Shown here: positions 13,043 through 26,914 of the stretch, piece after piece
Position numbering within the stretch: the first letter of the stretch is position 1
How the letters are laid out: the number at the start of each line of letters is the position of its first letter
Assembly (NCBI GenBank): GCA_964016885.1
Contig: OZ024740.1
Location: 355,198,001 to 355,262,000 of the forward strand
Length of the DNA: 64,000 nt
From: Eledone cirrhosa
Lineage: Eukaryota
Direction of reading: 5' to 3'
Made by a program: the position numbers and the translations under genes
The notes under the pieces: model-generated
The model's database searches: none
Seen by the model: only the letters and a program-made list of their open reading frames with translations
What the model was told of the DNA's origin: nothing

Positions 13043-13085
<43 letters not shown>

Positions 13086-13308
13086 ATATATGTATATATA
13101 TGTGTGTGTATGTGTATGTGAATATGTGTGTATATGTGTATATGTGTCTATGTGTGTGTATATATGTATATATATGTATGTGTGTATATATTTATATATA
13201 CATATATTTGTATGTATATGTATATATATGTGTGTATATATATACGTATATATATATATATATATAGAGAGAGTTGAAAATTGCAAACTTGACTGTCACC
13301 ACACATTA

Positions 13309-13347
13309 TGAACCTGAAGATTGCGAAAGCATGAAAGTACTTGTTCA
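13309..13347 (+). ncRNA. Minimal type I hammerhead ribozyme downstream of the PLE ORF
   Basis: Helix I tgaac/gttca; CUGAAGA; helix II tgc-gaaa-gca; GAAA; palindromic aagtactt helix III; CUU triplet. Confidence 0.8.
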
Positions 13348-13499
13348 GTTAACACTTAACATTTAATATTCTACCATACTATTTCATTCTAATACCATTA
13401 TAAATTTTAAAGGATTGTAAATAAAACGAGTAAATCAGACAAAGTTGGAATTCCTTTTATTAATATAATCTTCTATACACAATCATACACACCCGTGTA

Positions 13500-13550
<51 letters not shown>

Positions 13551-13761
13551 GGACAGTGTGGATGTCATTCACTTCGCACAGAAGTTTTGTTCAAATTTAT
13601 TGAGGAAATTTTGTGAGTTCAAACTTAATTTTGATACAATTGTGTAGCTTGACCCTCCGTCTGAACTGTCAGGCGGTGGGTCAGCTCATCTTTACCCCTC
13701 CTAGAGGTGAAAAACCTGTTTTAAAAAATTTTGTGTAAAAAATTTCAATCGTCTAACAGAA

Positions 13762-15643
13762 ATGTTAAACGCAGCGAACGAAAATAGTGGTGGGGGGACA
13801 GCGGTAAGAGTTGTAAGCTCGCACGCTTTAGTCCTCCCTTCCTTCCCAACTAACGTAATAGAGAAGGAAGGAAAAATGAAAATAAAAACGGACGAATCTG
13901 CGGAGGAAAAAAAAATTAAATGACGAAAACAACGAAAAAAAAAAATTTGAAAAATTGCATGACAATACTAATAACACAAACAAAGACACAACAAACAAAA
14001 AAATAACAGTTGAAAATAACATCATATCAGAAAACAAAGCAGACGACCAGATTTCATTTGCACAGAAAACAAAGAAATCTTTGACTTATATAGCGGAAAA
14101 CATTTCAGATGTGGTACGAAGGATCACGGACGCAAAACAATACATAAGTGAAGGTGAGAATGGTATTTTATTGGTAAAAATGCCTCAAGAATTCACGAAA
14201 GACATTGAAAGCCGAACGGTCAAGTTTCGGACCATCAACAACAGTACAAAAAAACCTGAACAGCCTTCTCAAGCAGACATCAAAACAGTACTCGCAGAAG
14301 TACTGAATGAAACAACTTTCATAAGAAAAGACAGACTGTATGGAAGCCTAGCAATTATCATGAAGAACGAATCGGCGGCAAAAAAATGTGCTTTGTCACC
14401 GATTCGTTCGAAAAATTTCACCTTTTATCCATCTTATATGGGAAAAAAAACTCAACGCATATGGCTGGATGCAATGATGCCAGATGTGGACTACTGCTGG
14501 CTCATAGCTGGCTTCATCGATCCAGTGAATGACAACGTGATTTCCATTGGGAAAACCACAGGCAATGCGTTCAGTGGAACAGGTATAGAGCTGGTAGTAC
14601 AAATGAAGCCTGAACGCATCGCCCAAATACCCGACAGAATCCTATTAGAGGACCACGGGTATATAAACATTAGCGTGGAGGGGAGAAGGCCGTCCTGCCA
14701 TATCTGTGCAGGCAGAGGGCACCTGAAGGCCGCTTGTCCACAACTCAACAAAAAGAAAACTCTGCTACCAACACCAGCTCCACCACCACCACCACAACAG
14801 ATAAACAAACAACAAAACTCAGTCCCACCCAACCCGTCCCTCAGTAACACCACAACACCACCACAACACAAACAGTCACAACACATTACCCCAAAACAAA
14901 ATACAGGCCCACCCAACCTCTCACTCAATAAAACAACACAACCACCGCAGACACAACACACAACACAGTCTAACATAGTGACATCCATCTCCCCCACAAA
15001 GAAAACCAACACGGAAACATTACCAGCAAACATACCTCTTCCCTCCAACACTGAAGATAACCCAACGAATTCGGAGGAAGAAACGGAGTCCTTCAGACAG
15101 ATTAAAAGGAAAAAAAGAAAACATGTGCAAAACACACAAGGACAAACAACCCCCACCCAAATCGCAACACAATCTAACAAAACAGAAAACACCCCTCCAG
15201 CAACAAACAAAACCAAACCTGCCCCTCCCCTCTTCGAAACACTCACACCATCGGAAAAAAAGACATTACACTATACTTACATCAACAGAAACAATAATAA
15301 ATTAAATGAACTCATATACAATAATCCTTCGGTACAAACCGAAGGTGTAAACTTTGTTTCATCAGAAAACCACCCACATTTAAAACTAATAAAAATCCCA
15401 ATGAACCTCTACCAAAAACTAAAAAAGGATTTTAAGGAGGACGTAGGACCACCCTCTGTCAAACCCATAAACCGCGTCCTACTAAAAAGCTTTCCCCCTC
15501 CCCTTCCCCTCCCCAACACAACTCCAAACACCCCAACCCCACCACACACCGACGACCCCACACCACCACAAGACACCCCTTCACCCAACACCCCCGACCC
15601 CATGGAAGTCGTGCAACCCGAACCCCGGGAAGCGGAAAGGTAG
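13762..15643 (+). CDS. LINE ORF1 (gag-like, single CCHC knuckle, Pro/Thr/Gln-rich C-terminal half); one 1-nt A-run frameshift near 13910
   Basis: CHICAGRGHLKAAC. The likely start is ATG 13762 (MLNAANENS...), brought in frame by removing one A from the run at about 13907-13915. Confidence 0.85.
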
Positions 15644-15676
15644 GTCTCTACACTCTCCTTTGGCTCTGCCGCCCAC

Positions 15677-18600
15677 ATGGATGTGTTAAGAGTAGGATGT
15701 TTGAATGCACGTGGCCTGGGCTCAACTTGGAAGCAAGCAAAGCTTCTAAATGACCTCAGGTCATGTAGTATAAATGTAATGGTTATCTGTGAGACTCGAA
15801 TCAGCGTCATGCGGCAGCTGGCCCCCACCTTCGATGACTTTGAGGTGCATGCATCTCTCTGTCAACCTGGAGGTGGGGGTGGGGTTGTCGTGCTGCTGCA
15901 AAAACACCTGGGTCTTGCCGTACAGGTTGTGCACTCGGACCCGGAGGGTCGTTTGTTGGTGCTAGACGTTGGCAGTAGTGAAAGTGCGGCCTTGAGACTG
16001 GTCGCCGTCTACTCCCCTTTCGGAGCTGAACGGCCCGACTTCTTCCAGCGTTTGGAGACTTTTCTGGGAACGTCGCGTTCCCTGCTTCTAGCGGGGGATT
16101 GGAATGACATCCTAGATGCACGTTGGGACTATGCAGGAGCATGTCCTAATAGAGGGGGGTGTAACAGCCTCAAGGGGTTACTCGACCGTTTTAACTTGGT
16201 CGATAGATATCGACTAGATTTTCCAACTGTGCCTACCTGGACTTGGAGAAACCACAGTGGTCAATCTAGATCGTACTTAGATAGATTCTTAGTTAGAAGT
16301 AAGGATAGGGACATATTAAGCTGTCCAGAAATGCGCACGGTTGGCTACACGGATCACAAATTAGTGACCTGCGTGGTCAATCTCGAGAAAACACATAGAC
16401 AGGGTCCCGGTTACTGGAAACTTAATTTGTCTTTACCGGCAAAAGAGACTTACAGAAACCGGATTAGCAGATTAGTTAAGGAGAGGTTGACGGGTGCAAT
16501 CGTCAACAACCGATGGTGGGCATCTCTCAAAAGAGAGATTAGAACAGAATCAATAAGTTATAGCAAGATGTTAGCTGCCAATAGGAATAGAAACGAGAAA
16601 GAATTAACAGGTAAATTAGAAGAGGCAATCAAGAGCGAAGATGTGGCCAGAGTGCTGGCATCGAGGACGGCCTTGAACCAGTTTTTCGATGCAAAGCATG
16701 AAGGCTGCGTCATTCGAAGTAAAATACGTGCTCTAGGTAATGAGGGGGCCAAAGCCGTTGGATGGGCCCGCGTGACAGAAGCTAAAAGTGGAAATCGATC
16801 CACCATCCGGTCGTTGCAAGACGAAGATGGACGAGTGATCCGGGAGCCTAAGCAGATGTGCGAGGCCTTTCAAAAGCACTTTGCCCGATTGTTCGGGGGA
16901 GGCGAGGGTCCGGGCCGGGGCGTGGATTTCGGTCCATACCTCGACGGCCTGCCGCGTCTCTCGAACAAAGAGGCGGAGTCCTGCGAGGGACCAATCTCGG
17001 CTGATGAGATCGGAGATGCGCTGAGCCAATGCAGCAGACGCAAATCTCCAGGTCTCGATGGTATACCTTACGAACTTTATTTAGCAATGCCGGTCTTCTT
17101 CTCCGAACTCCTCGAAGCGGTCTACTGCAATTGGCAGCAGAACGGGAGAATTCCTTGTTCTGTAGCCAAGGGCGTAGTCACGCTGGTGAGGAAGGACGAG
17201 AACAAGGGGGATAGTATAAATAATTTTCGACCCATAACCCTGCTAAACACAGAGTTAAAGATTTTGGCCAAGGTGTTAGCAAAGAGGTTGGCGCTTGTCG
17301 TGGGTAGCCTGGTGGGAGATGCGCAGACATGTGCTATCCCATCCAGGTCCATTCACGATAACCTCCACCTCATGCGATACATCATAGAGAGGGTTGGCAA
17401 CAAACCCGGCTTCGGTGGGGCCCTGATCAACTTGGATCAGTCTAAGGCCTTCGATAGGGTCGACCATGGTTACCTGGATGCGGTGCTAGCGGCGGCTGGG
17501 TTCGGTCCTGTTTTCAGAGGCTGGATCACTGCCCTACATAGCAACCACATCTGTTCTAGGATCAAGGTGAACGGCTACCTTTCGAAGCCGTTCGAAATCA
17601 CACGATCCATTCGACAGGGGTGCCCTCTCTCCTCCCTTCTGTACGTATTGACTCTCGAGCCTTTACTGAGGAAGTTGGAGTTGTTGCAGGGTATCCCCCT
17701 GGAACCAGGATTGAGCAAAGCGGTGTCGGCCTACGCCGATGACGTAACAGTAATGGTATCAACCGACTCGGAGATCGAGGCGATCGGTACCTTACTGGAG
17801 GAGTACGAAAGGTTGTCAGGAGCGAAACTGAACCGGGAAAAATCCATCGGGCTGCAACTCGGAACGTGGAGAGGCAGACCGATGCCTCCCGATGGTGTCG
17901 TCGGACACTGGACGGAGGGCCCGGTAAAGTTGCTTGGGGTCTGGTTTGGACCGGACCTCCAGGTGGAAAAGAACTGGAACGAGGTTACGAACAAGGTGTT
18001 TGCACTAACCCAGAAATGGGCCAAGTGTAAGCTGTCCCTAAAAGGCCGGGCGGAGGTGGCGAACATTTACATAGCGTCCGTCACTTACTACCGCCTGACT
18101 GTCGTGCCTTGCCCTAAGGAAACACTCACCACCATGGAACGCATGCTCTTCCAATTTCTTTGGAAGAAGCGTCCTCCTATGGTGAGAAGATCCATCTGCT
18201 GCCAACAACCTTCGAAAGGAGGGCTGGGGATGCCGTGGTTGATGATGCGTAGGCACGCATTAAGGCTACGGCACCTACAGGTATTCCTCACTGGTCAACC
18301 GGTGTGGGCTCCGTTCGTGAAACGAGCCTTTCCGAGACTCGTCTCACTCACCGAGCTACAGTCCTGGGTCAAGCAAAGATCCGGAAAACTGGGAGACTGG
18401 CACACTGAGTGTGCTCAGGCGCTCAGGGCTCTCTGGCAAGCGGGCCGGGCCATCGGTGGAGAATCCACCTCATCATTCTATAGAGGGCTGGTGGCTAGCA
18501 GGGGCGATGACACCCTTGGAGAGTCGCTGGACATGGAAGAAGACGAACTGGCCAGCCTGTTCGGTAGGACTTTCGGCCCAGGACCAATGGACAACTTCCA

Positions 18601-19114
18601 GAAGTCACTGGCCTGGCAGTGCTACCGAGGGGCTCTACCCGTTCGAGAGAGGCTCTACAGACACGGGCGCCCGGGCAGGGATCCCTCAAAAAAGATTTGC
18701 CCTAGATGCGTGCGTCACGAAGAAACCGTGGCGCACGCATTGGTGCAATGTCCGGGCGTGGCTGATCTGTGGGGCTACGCCGAACAACTGCTGTCGCGGG
18801 TGGCGCCGATTAAATTGACCGCCGAGTCCGTGATGACAATCAAACCGCCTCCCCTCTTCACAAAGGAAGCAAAGGCGGTTTTTCTGTGCGTAATAGCCAT
18901 GTTGAAAGAGGTTGTTTGGTGGACACGATTGAAAGGTCTGAGGTCAGGCAACTTCCTCTCTGGCCATAGTCTGGTCTACTTCTTCCGATATCACTTCGGA
19001 AGAAGGATAAGAATGGAGAGAGAGGTGCTTGGCCACAGGCAGTTTTATGAAAGGTGGGTGATAGTGGCGAGAATGGCTCGTGTAAATGGGCCTTCTCTGT
19101 ATACCATCCTGTAG
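15677..19114 (+). CDS. LINE ORF2: apurinic endonuclease, reverse transcriptase, C-terminal zinc finger; uninterrupted 1145 aa
   Basis: LNARGL, ETR, GDWN, YLDR, TDH (APE); KSPGLDG, FRPITLLN, DQSKAFDRVDH, RQGCPLS, YADD (RT); CPRC...ETVAHALVQC; GPGYWKLN typical of Tx1. Confidence 0.97.
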   Translation: MDVLRVGCLNARGLGSTWKQAKLLNDLRSCSINVMVICETRISVMRQLAPTFDDFEVHASLCQPGGGGGVVVLLQKHLGLAVQVVHSDPEGRLLVLDVGSSESAALRLVAVYSPFGAERPDFFQRLETFLGTSRSLLLAGDWNDILDARWDYAGACPNRGGCNSLKGLLDRFNLVDRYRLDFPTVPTWTWRNHSGQSRSYLDRFLVRSKDRDILSCPEMRTVGYTDHKLVTCVVNLEKTHRQGPGYWKLNLSLPAKETYRNRISRLVKERLTGAIVNNRWWASLKREIRTESISYSKMLAANRNRNEKELTGKLEEAIKSEDVARVLASRTALNQFFDAKHEGCVIRSKIRALGNEGAKAVGWARVTEAKSGNRSTIRSLQDEDGRVIREPKQMCEAFQKHFARLFGGGEGPGRGVDFGPYLDGLPRLSNKEAESCEGPISADEIGDALSQCSRRKSPGLDGIPYELYLAMPVFFSELLEAVYCNWQQNGRIPCSVAKGVVTLVRKDENKGDSINNFRPITLLNTELKILAKVLAKRLALVVGSLVGDAQTCAIPSRSIHDNLHLMRYIIERVGNKPGFGGALINLDQSKAFDRVDHGYLDAVLAAAGFGPVFRGWITALHSNHICSRIKVNGYLSKPFEITRSIRQGCPLSSLLYVLTLEPLLRKLELLQGIPLEPGLSKAVSAYADDVTVMVSTDSEIEAIGTLLEEYERLSGAKLNREKSIGLQLGTWRGRPMPPDGVVGHWTEGPVKLLGVWFGPDLQVEKNWNEVTNKVFALTQKWAKCKLSLKGRAEVANIYIASVTYYRLTVVPCPKETLTTMERMLFQFLWKKRPPMVRRSICCQQPSKGGLGMPWLMMRRHALRLRHLQVFLTGQPVWAPFVKRAFPRLVSLTELQSWVKQRSGKLGDWHTECAQALRALWQAGRAIGGESTSSFYRGLVASRGDDTLGESLDMEEDELASLFGRTFGPGPMDNFQKSLAWQCYRGALPVRERLYRHGRPGRDPSKKICPRCVRHEETVAHALVQCPGVADLWGYAEQLLSRVAPIKLTAESVMTIKPPPLFTKEAKAVFLCVIAMLKEVVWWTRLKGLRSGNFLSGHSLVYFFRYHFGRRIRMEREVLGHRQFYERWVIVARMARVNGPSLYTIL

Positions 19115-19328
19115 GTAAAGAAGTAAAGGAGAGGGGAGCACCTTCTCCATGTGCTCCCCGGGCAAAGGATTGCACACTTTTTCGGGGGTGTGTGCAACCC
19201 CCATCACGTCCCCTCCCTTTTGAGGTTATTTTCGATTATTTTCATGTTACACCCTTTTTACTCGATTATATGTAAACTCCCCCTTTGTATTTGTCCCTTC
19301 TTTTTATGCCTTTATGGTAAATAAAGAA

Positions 19329-19398
<70 letters not shown>

Positions 19399-19632
19399 TA
19401 ATCTAGCTGTCGTCTGTTCTACAGCGTAGATGTAATTCACTTCGCGCAGAAGTTTTGTTCAAATTTATTGCGGAAATTTTGTAAGTTCAAATTTAATTTT
19501 GATACTATTGTGTAGATTGACCCCCCGTCTGAACTGTCAGGCGGTGGGTCAGCTCATCTTTACCCCTCCTAGGGGTGAAAAACCTGTTTTTAAAAATTTT
19601 GTGGCAAAAAAAATTTCAATCGTCTGACAGAA

Positions 19633-21542
19633 ATGTTAAACGAAGCGAACGAAAATAGTAGTGAGGGGACAGCGGTAAGAGTTGTAAGCTCGCACGCTTT
19701 AGTCACCTCTTCCTTCCCAACTAACGTCATAGAGAAGGAAGGAAAAAATAAAATAAAAACAGACGAATCTGCGGAGAAAAATGACGAAAACACAAATCTG
19801 GACATGGATTCCAACAACGAAAAAAAAAATTTGAAAAATTGCATGACAATATTAATACCACAAACAAAGACACAACAAACACAAAAATAACATTTGAAAA
19901 CAACATCATAACAGAAAGCAAAGCAGACGACAAAGTCAATATCAACAAGATTTCATTTGCACAAACAACAAAGAAATCTTTGACATATATACCTGAAAAT
20001 ATTTCAGATGTGGCACAAAGAATCACAGACGCCAAACAATACATAAGTGAAGGAGAGAATGGTATTTTATCGGTAAAAATGCCTCAAGAACTCACCAAAG
20101 ACATTGAAAGCCGAACGGTCGTGTTCCGCACCATCAACAACACTTCAAAAAAACCTGAACAGCCAACTCAAGCAGAAATCAAAACAGTACTTACAGAAGT
20201 ACTTAATGAAACCACTTTCATAAGAAAAGACAGACTGTATGGAAGCCTAGCAATTATTACGAAGAACGAATCGGCGGCAAAAAAATGTGCTTTGTCACCG
20301 ATTCGTTCGAAAAATTTTACCTTTTATCCATCTTATATGGGTAAAAGAACTCAACGCATATGGCTGGATGCAATGATGCCAGATGTGGACTACTGCTGGC
20401 TCATAGCTGGTTTCATCGATCCAGTGAATGACAACGTGATTTCCATTGGGAAAACCACAGGCAATGCGTTCAGTGGAACAGGTATAGAGCTTGTAGTGAA
20501 AATGAAGCCTGAACGCATCGCCCAAATACCCGACAGAATCCTATTAGAGGGCCACGGGTATATAAACATTAGCGTAGAGGGGAGAAGGCCGTCCTGTCAT
20601 ATCTGTGCAGGAAGAGGGCACCTGAAGGCCGCTTGTCCCCAACTCAACAAAAAGAAAACCCTGCTACAAACACCAGCTCCACCACCACCACCACAACAGA
20701 TAAACAAACAACAAAACTCAGTCCCACCCAACCCGTCCCTCAGTAAAACTACACCACCACCACAACACAAACAGTCACAACACATTACCCCAAAACAAAA
20801 TACAGGCCCACCCAACCCCTCACTCAATAAAACAACACAACCACCACAGCCACAACACACAACACAGTCTAACATAGTGACATCCATCTCCCCCACAAAG
20901 AAAACCAACACGGAAACATTACCAGCAAACATACCTCTTCCCTCCAACACTGAAGATAACCCAACGAATTCGGAGGAAGAAACGGAGTCCTTCAGACAGA
21001 TTAAAAGGAAAAAAAGAAAACATGTGCAAAACACACAAGGCCAAACAACCCCCACCCAAATGTCAACACAATCCAACAAAACACAAAACACCCCTCCAGC
21101 AACAAACCAAACCAAACCTGCCCCTCCCCTCTTCGAAACACTCACACCATCCGAAAAAAAGACATTACACTATACTTACATCAACAGAAACAATAACAAA
21201 TTAAATGAACTCATAAACAATAATCCTTCGGTACAAACCGAAGGTGTAAACTTTGTTTCTTCAGAAAACTACCCACATTTAAAATTAATAAAGATCCCAA
21301 TGAACCTCTACCAAAAACTAAAAAAGGATTTTAAGGAGGACGTAGGACCACCCTCTGTCAAACCCATAAACCGCGTCCTACTAAAAAGCTTTCCCCCTCC
21401 CCTTCCCCTCCCCAACACAACTCCAAACACCCCAACCCCACCACACACTGACGACCCCACACCACCACAAGACACCCCTTCACCCAACACCCCCGACCGC
21501 ATGGAAGTCGTGCGACCCGAACCCCGGGAAGCAGAAAGGTAG
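19633..21542 (+). CDS. LINE copy 2 ORF1, one 1-nt A-run frameshift near 19825
   Basis: Track ORFs 19633-19890 and 19839-21542 join if the 10-A run has 11 A, as in copy 1; same CCHC knuckle. Confidence 0.8.
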
Positions 21543-21575
21543 GTCTCTACACTCTCCTTTGGCTCTGCCGCCCAC

Positions 21576-24500
21576 ATGGATGTGTTAAGAGTAGGATGTT
21601 TGAATGCACGTGGCCTGGGCTCAACTTGGAAGCAAGCAAAGCTTCTAAATGACCTCAGGTCATGTGGTATAAATGTAATGTTTATCTGTGAGACTCGGAT
21701 CAGCGTCGTGCGGAAGCTGACCCCTACCTTCGATGACTTTGAGGTGCATGCATCTCTCTGTCAACCTGGAGGTGGGGGTGGGGTTGTCGTACTGCTGCAA
21801 AAACACCTGGGTCTTGCCGTACAGGTTGTTCACTCGGACCCGGAGGGTCGTTTGTTGGTGCTAGACGTTGGCAGTAGTGAAGGTGCGGCCTTGAGACTGG
21901 TCGCCGTCTACTCCCCTTTCGGAGCTGAACGGCCCGACTTCTTCCAGCGTTTGGAGACTTTTCTGGGAACGTCGCGTTCCCTGCTTCTAGCGGGGGATTG
22001 GAATGACATCCTAGATGCACGTTGGGACTATATAGGAGCATGTCCTAATAGAGGCGGGTGTAACAGCCTCAAGGGGTTACTCGACCGTTTTAACTTGGTC
22101 GATAGATATCGACTAGATTTTCCAACTGTGCCTACCTGGACTTGGAGAAACCACAGTGGTCAATCTAGATCGTACTTAGATAGATTCTTAGTTAGAAGTA
22201 AGGATAGGGACATATTAAGCTGTCCAGAAATGCGCACGGTTGGCTATACGGATCACAAATTAGTGACCTGCGTAGTCAATCTCGAGAAAACACATAAACA
22301 GGGTCCCGGTTACTGGAAACTTAATTTGTCTTTACCGGCAAAAGAGACTTACAGAAACCGGATTAGCAGATTAGTTAAGGAAAGGTTGACGGGTGCAATC
22401 GTCAACAACCGATGGTGGGCATCTCTCAAAAGAGAGATTAGAACAGAATCAATAAGTTATAGCAAGATGTTAGCTGCCGATAGGAATAGAAACGAGAAAG
22501 AATTAACAGGTAAATTAGAAGAGGCAATCAAGAGCGAAGATGTGGCCAGAGTGCTGGCATCGAGGACGGCCTTGAACCAGTTTTTCGATGCAAAGCACGA
22601 AGGCTGCGTCATTCGAAGTAAAATACGTGCTCTAGGTAATGAGGGGACCAAAGCCGTTGGCTGGGCCCGCGTGACAGAAGCTAAGAGTGGAAATCGATCC
22701 ACCATCCGGTCGTTGCAAGACGAGGATGGACGGGTGATCCGGGAGCCTAAGCAGATGTGCGAGGCCTTTCAAAGGCACTTTGCCCGATTATTCGGGGGAG
22801 GCGAGGGTCCGGGCGGGGACGTGGATTTCGGTCCATACCTCGACGGCCTGCCGCGTCTCTCGAGCGAAGAGGCAGAGTCCTGCGAGGGACCAATCTCGGC
22901 TGATGAGATCGGAGATGCGCTGAGCCAATGCAGCAGACGCAAATCTCCAGGTCTCGATGGTATACCTTACGAACTTTATTTAGCAATGCCGGTCTTCTTC
23001 TCCGAACTCCTCGAAGCGGTCTACTGCAATTGGCAGCAGAACGGGAGAACTCCTTGTTCTGTAGCCAAGGGCGTAGTCTCGCTGGTGAGGAAGGACGAGA
23101 ACAAGGGGGATAGTATAAATAATTTTCGGCCCATAACCCTGCTAAACACAGAGTCAAAGATTTTGGCCAAGGTGTTAGCAAAGAGGTTGGCGCTTGTCGT
23201 GGGTAGCCTGGTGGGAGATGCGCAGACATGTGCTATCCCATCCAGGTCCATTCACGATAACCTCCACCTCATGCGATACATCATAGAGAGGGTTGGCAAC
23301 AAACCCGGCTTCGGTGGGGCCCTGATCAACTTGGATCAATCTAAGGCCTTCGATAGGGTCGACCATGGTTACCTGGATGCGGTGCTAGCGGCGGCTGGCT
23401 TCGGTCCTGTTTTCAGAGGCTGGATCACTGCCTTACATAGCAACCACATCTGTTCTAGGATCAAGGTGAACGGCTACCTTTCGAAGCCGTTCGAAATCAC
23501 ACGATCCATTCGACAGGGGTGCCCTCTCTCCCCCCTTCTGTACGTATTGACTCTCGAGCCTTTACTGAGGAAGTTAGAGTTGTTGCAGGGTATCCCCCTG
23601 GAACCAGGATTGAGCAAAGCGGTGTCGGCCTACGCCGATGACGTAACAGTAATGGTATCGACCGACTCGGAAATCGAGGCGATCGGTACCTTACTGGAGG
23701 ATTACGAAAGGTTGTCAGGAGCGAAACTGAACCGGGAAAAATCCATCGGGTTGCAACTCGGAACGTGGAGAGGCAGACCGATGGTGTCGTCGGACACTGG
23801 ACGGAGGGCCCGGTAAAGTTGCTTGGGGTCTGGTTTGGACCGGACCTCCAGGTGGAAAAGAACTGGGACGAGGTTACGAACAAGGTGTTTGCACTAACCC
23901 AGAAATGGGCCAAGTGTAAGCTGTCCCTAAAAGGCCGGGCGGAGGTGGCGAACATTTACATAGCGTCCGTCACTTACTACCTTACCCTAAGGAAACACTC
24001 ACCACCATGGAACGCATGCTCTTCCAATTTCTTTGGAAGAAACGCCCTCCTATGGTGAGAAGATCCATCTGCTGCCAACAACCTTCGAAAGGAGGGCTGG
24101 GGATGCCGTGGTTGATGATGCGTAGGCACGCATTAAGGCTACGGCACCTACAGGTATTCCTCACTGGTCAACCGGTGTGGGCTCCGTTCGTGAAACGAGC
24201 CTTCCCGAGACTCGTCTCGCTCACCGAGCTGCAGTCCTGGGTCAAGCAAAGATCCGGAAAACTGGGAGACTGGCACACTGAGTGTGCTCAGGCGCTCAGG
24301 GCTCTCTGGCAAGCGGGCCAGGCCATCGGTGGAGAATCCACCTCATCATTCTATAGAGGGCTGGTGGCTAGCAGGGGCGATGACACCCTTGGAGAGTCGC
24401 TGGACATGGAAGAGGACGAACTGGCCAGCCTGTTCGGTAGGGCTTTCGGCCCGGGACCAATGGACAACTTCCAGAAGTCACTAGCCTGGCAGTGCTACCG

Positions 24501-24987
24501 GGGGGCTCTACCCGTTCGAAAGAGGCTCTACAGACACGGGCGCCCGGGCAGGGATCCCTCAAAAAAGATTTGCCCTAGATGCGTGCGTCACGAAGAAACC
24601 GTTGCGTACGCATTGGTGCAATGTCCGGGCGTGGCTGATCTGTGGGGCTACGCCGAACGACTGCTGTCGCGGGTGGCGCCGATTCAATTGACCGCCGAGT
24701 CCGTGATGACAATCAAACCGCCTCCCCTCTTCACAAAGGAAGCAAAGGCGGTTTTTCTGTGCGTAATAGCCATGTTGAAAGAGGTTGTTTGGTGGACACA
24801 ATTGAAAGGTCTGAGGTCAGGCAACTTCCTCTCTGGCCATAGTCTGGTCTACTTCTTCCGATATCGCTTCGGAAGAAGGATAAGAATGGAGAGAGAGGTG
24901 TTTGGCCACAGGCAGTTTTATGAAAGGTGGGTGATAGTGGCGAGAATGGCTCGTGTAAATGGGCCTTCTCTGTATACCATCCTGTAG
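21576..24987 (+). pseudogene. LINE copy 2 ORF2, broken by two short deletions
   Basis: Relative to copy 1: a 10-bp deletion at about 23780 (ccgatg microhomology) and a 16-bp deletion at about 23981 split the ORF into three pieces. Confidence 0.92.
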
Positions 24988-25163
24988 GTAAAGAAGTGAA
25001 GGATTGCACACTTTTTCGGGGGTGTGTGCAACCCCCATCACGTCCCCTCCCTTTTGAGGTTATTTTCGATTATTTTCATTTTATACCCTTTTTACTCGAT
25101 TGTATGTAAACTCCCCCTTTGAATTTGTCCCTTCTTTTTATGCCTTTATGGTAAATAAAGAAA

Positions 25164-26428
<1,265 letters not shown>

Positions 26429-26914
26429 TTGTATGGATCTGTCTGATTCTAGATCTGCAGATTCTTCGGACACATGCAATACTTTCGGAACAAACTTTCT
26501 CGCTGGGGTGTTAGCTTCAAAAAACATCTTCCTTTCCTGTCCTGCTGTTGGCTGTTGTTTTTCTACGTCATCATAAATTCTGGTCAATATTTGCTGCCAA
26601 ACTGGCCATCAGCTACTCTCCGTCCGACACACTTCAATGGACTCATGCTGGGTTTGGTATTTCACAAGTCCGCTAACACACACATATATACCCACACATA
26701 CACACACACACATATATACCCACACATACACACACACACATATATACACATACACACACACGCGCACACGTACATATATACGCATACACATATGTACACA
26801 CACATATGTACGAATATACGCCAGCATACATATACATACACACTCTCTCTCACACGCACACCCAAACACGCCCACGACCATATACATACCAACATACACG
26901 TCCACAGGCGCCTG

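Larger units (their letters stand above)
13551..19328 (+). mobile_element. Near full-length L1/Tx1-clade LINE, copy 1
   Basis: 5-prime UTR, ORF1 with CCHC knuckle, ORF2 APE-RT-CCHC, 3-prime UTR ending AATAAAGAA with no poly(A); (TATC)n on both sides. Confidence 0.95.
19405..25162 (+). mobile_element. Near full-length L1/Tx1-clade LINE, copy 2
   Basis: Colinear with copy 1; starts after the shared (TATC)n tract and ends AATAAAGAA followed by atct(ct)n. Confidence 0.95.

Noticed and set aside
13895-13960. Programmed -1 frameshift in LINE ORF1 at A-rich slippery runs
   Set aside because: The two copies are out of frame at different A runs and in opposite directions; each is fixed by one base. 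Homopolymer slippage or sequencing error explains it.
14491-15246. 251-aa antisense ORF within LINE ORF1
   Set aside because: By-product of the C/A-rich sense strand; low complexity and shortened in copy 2.
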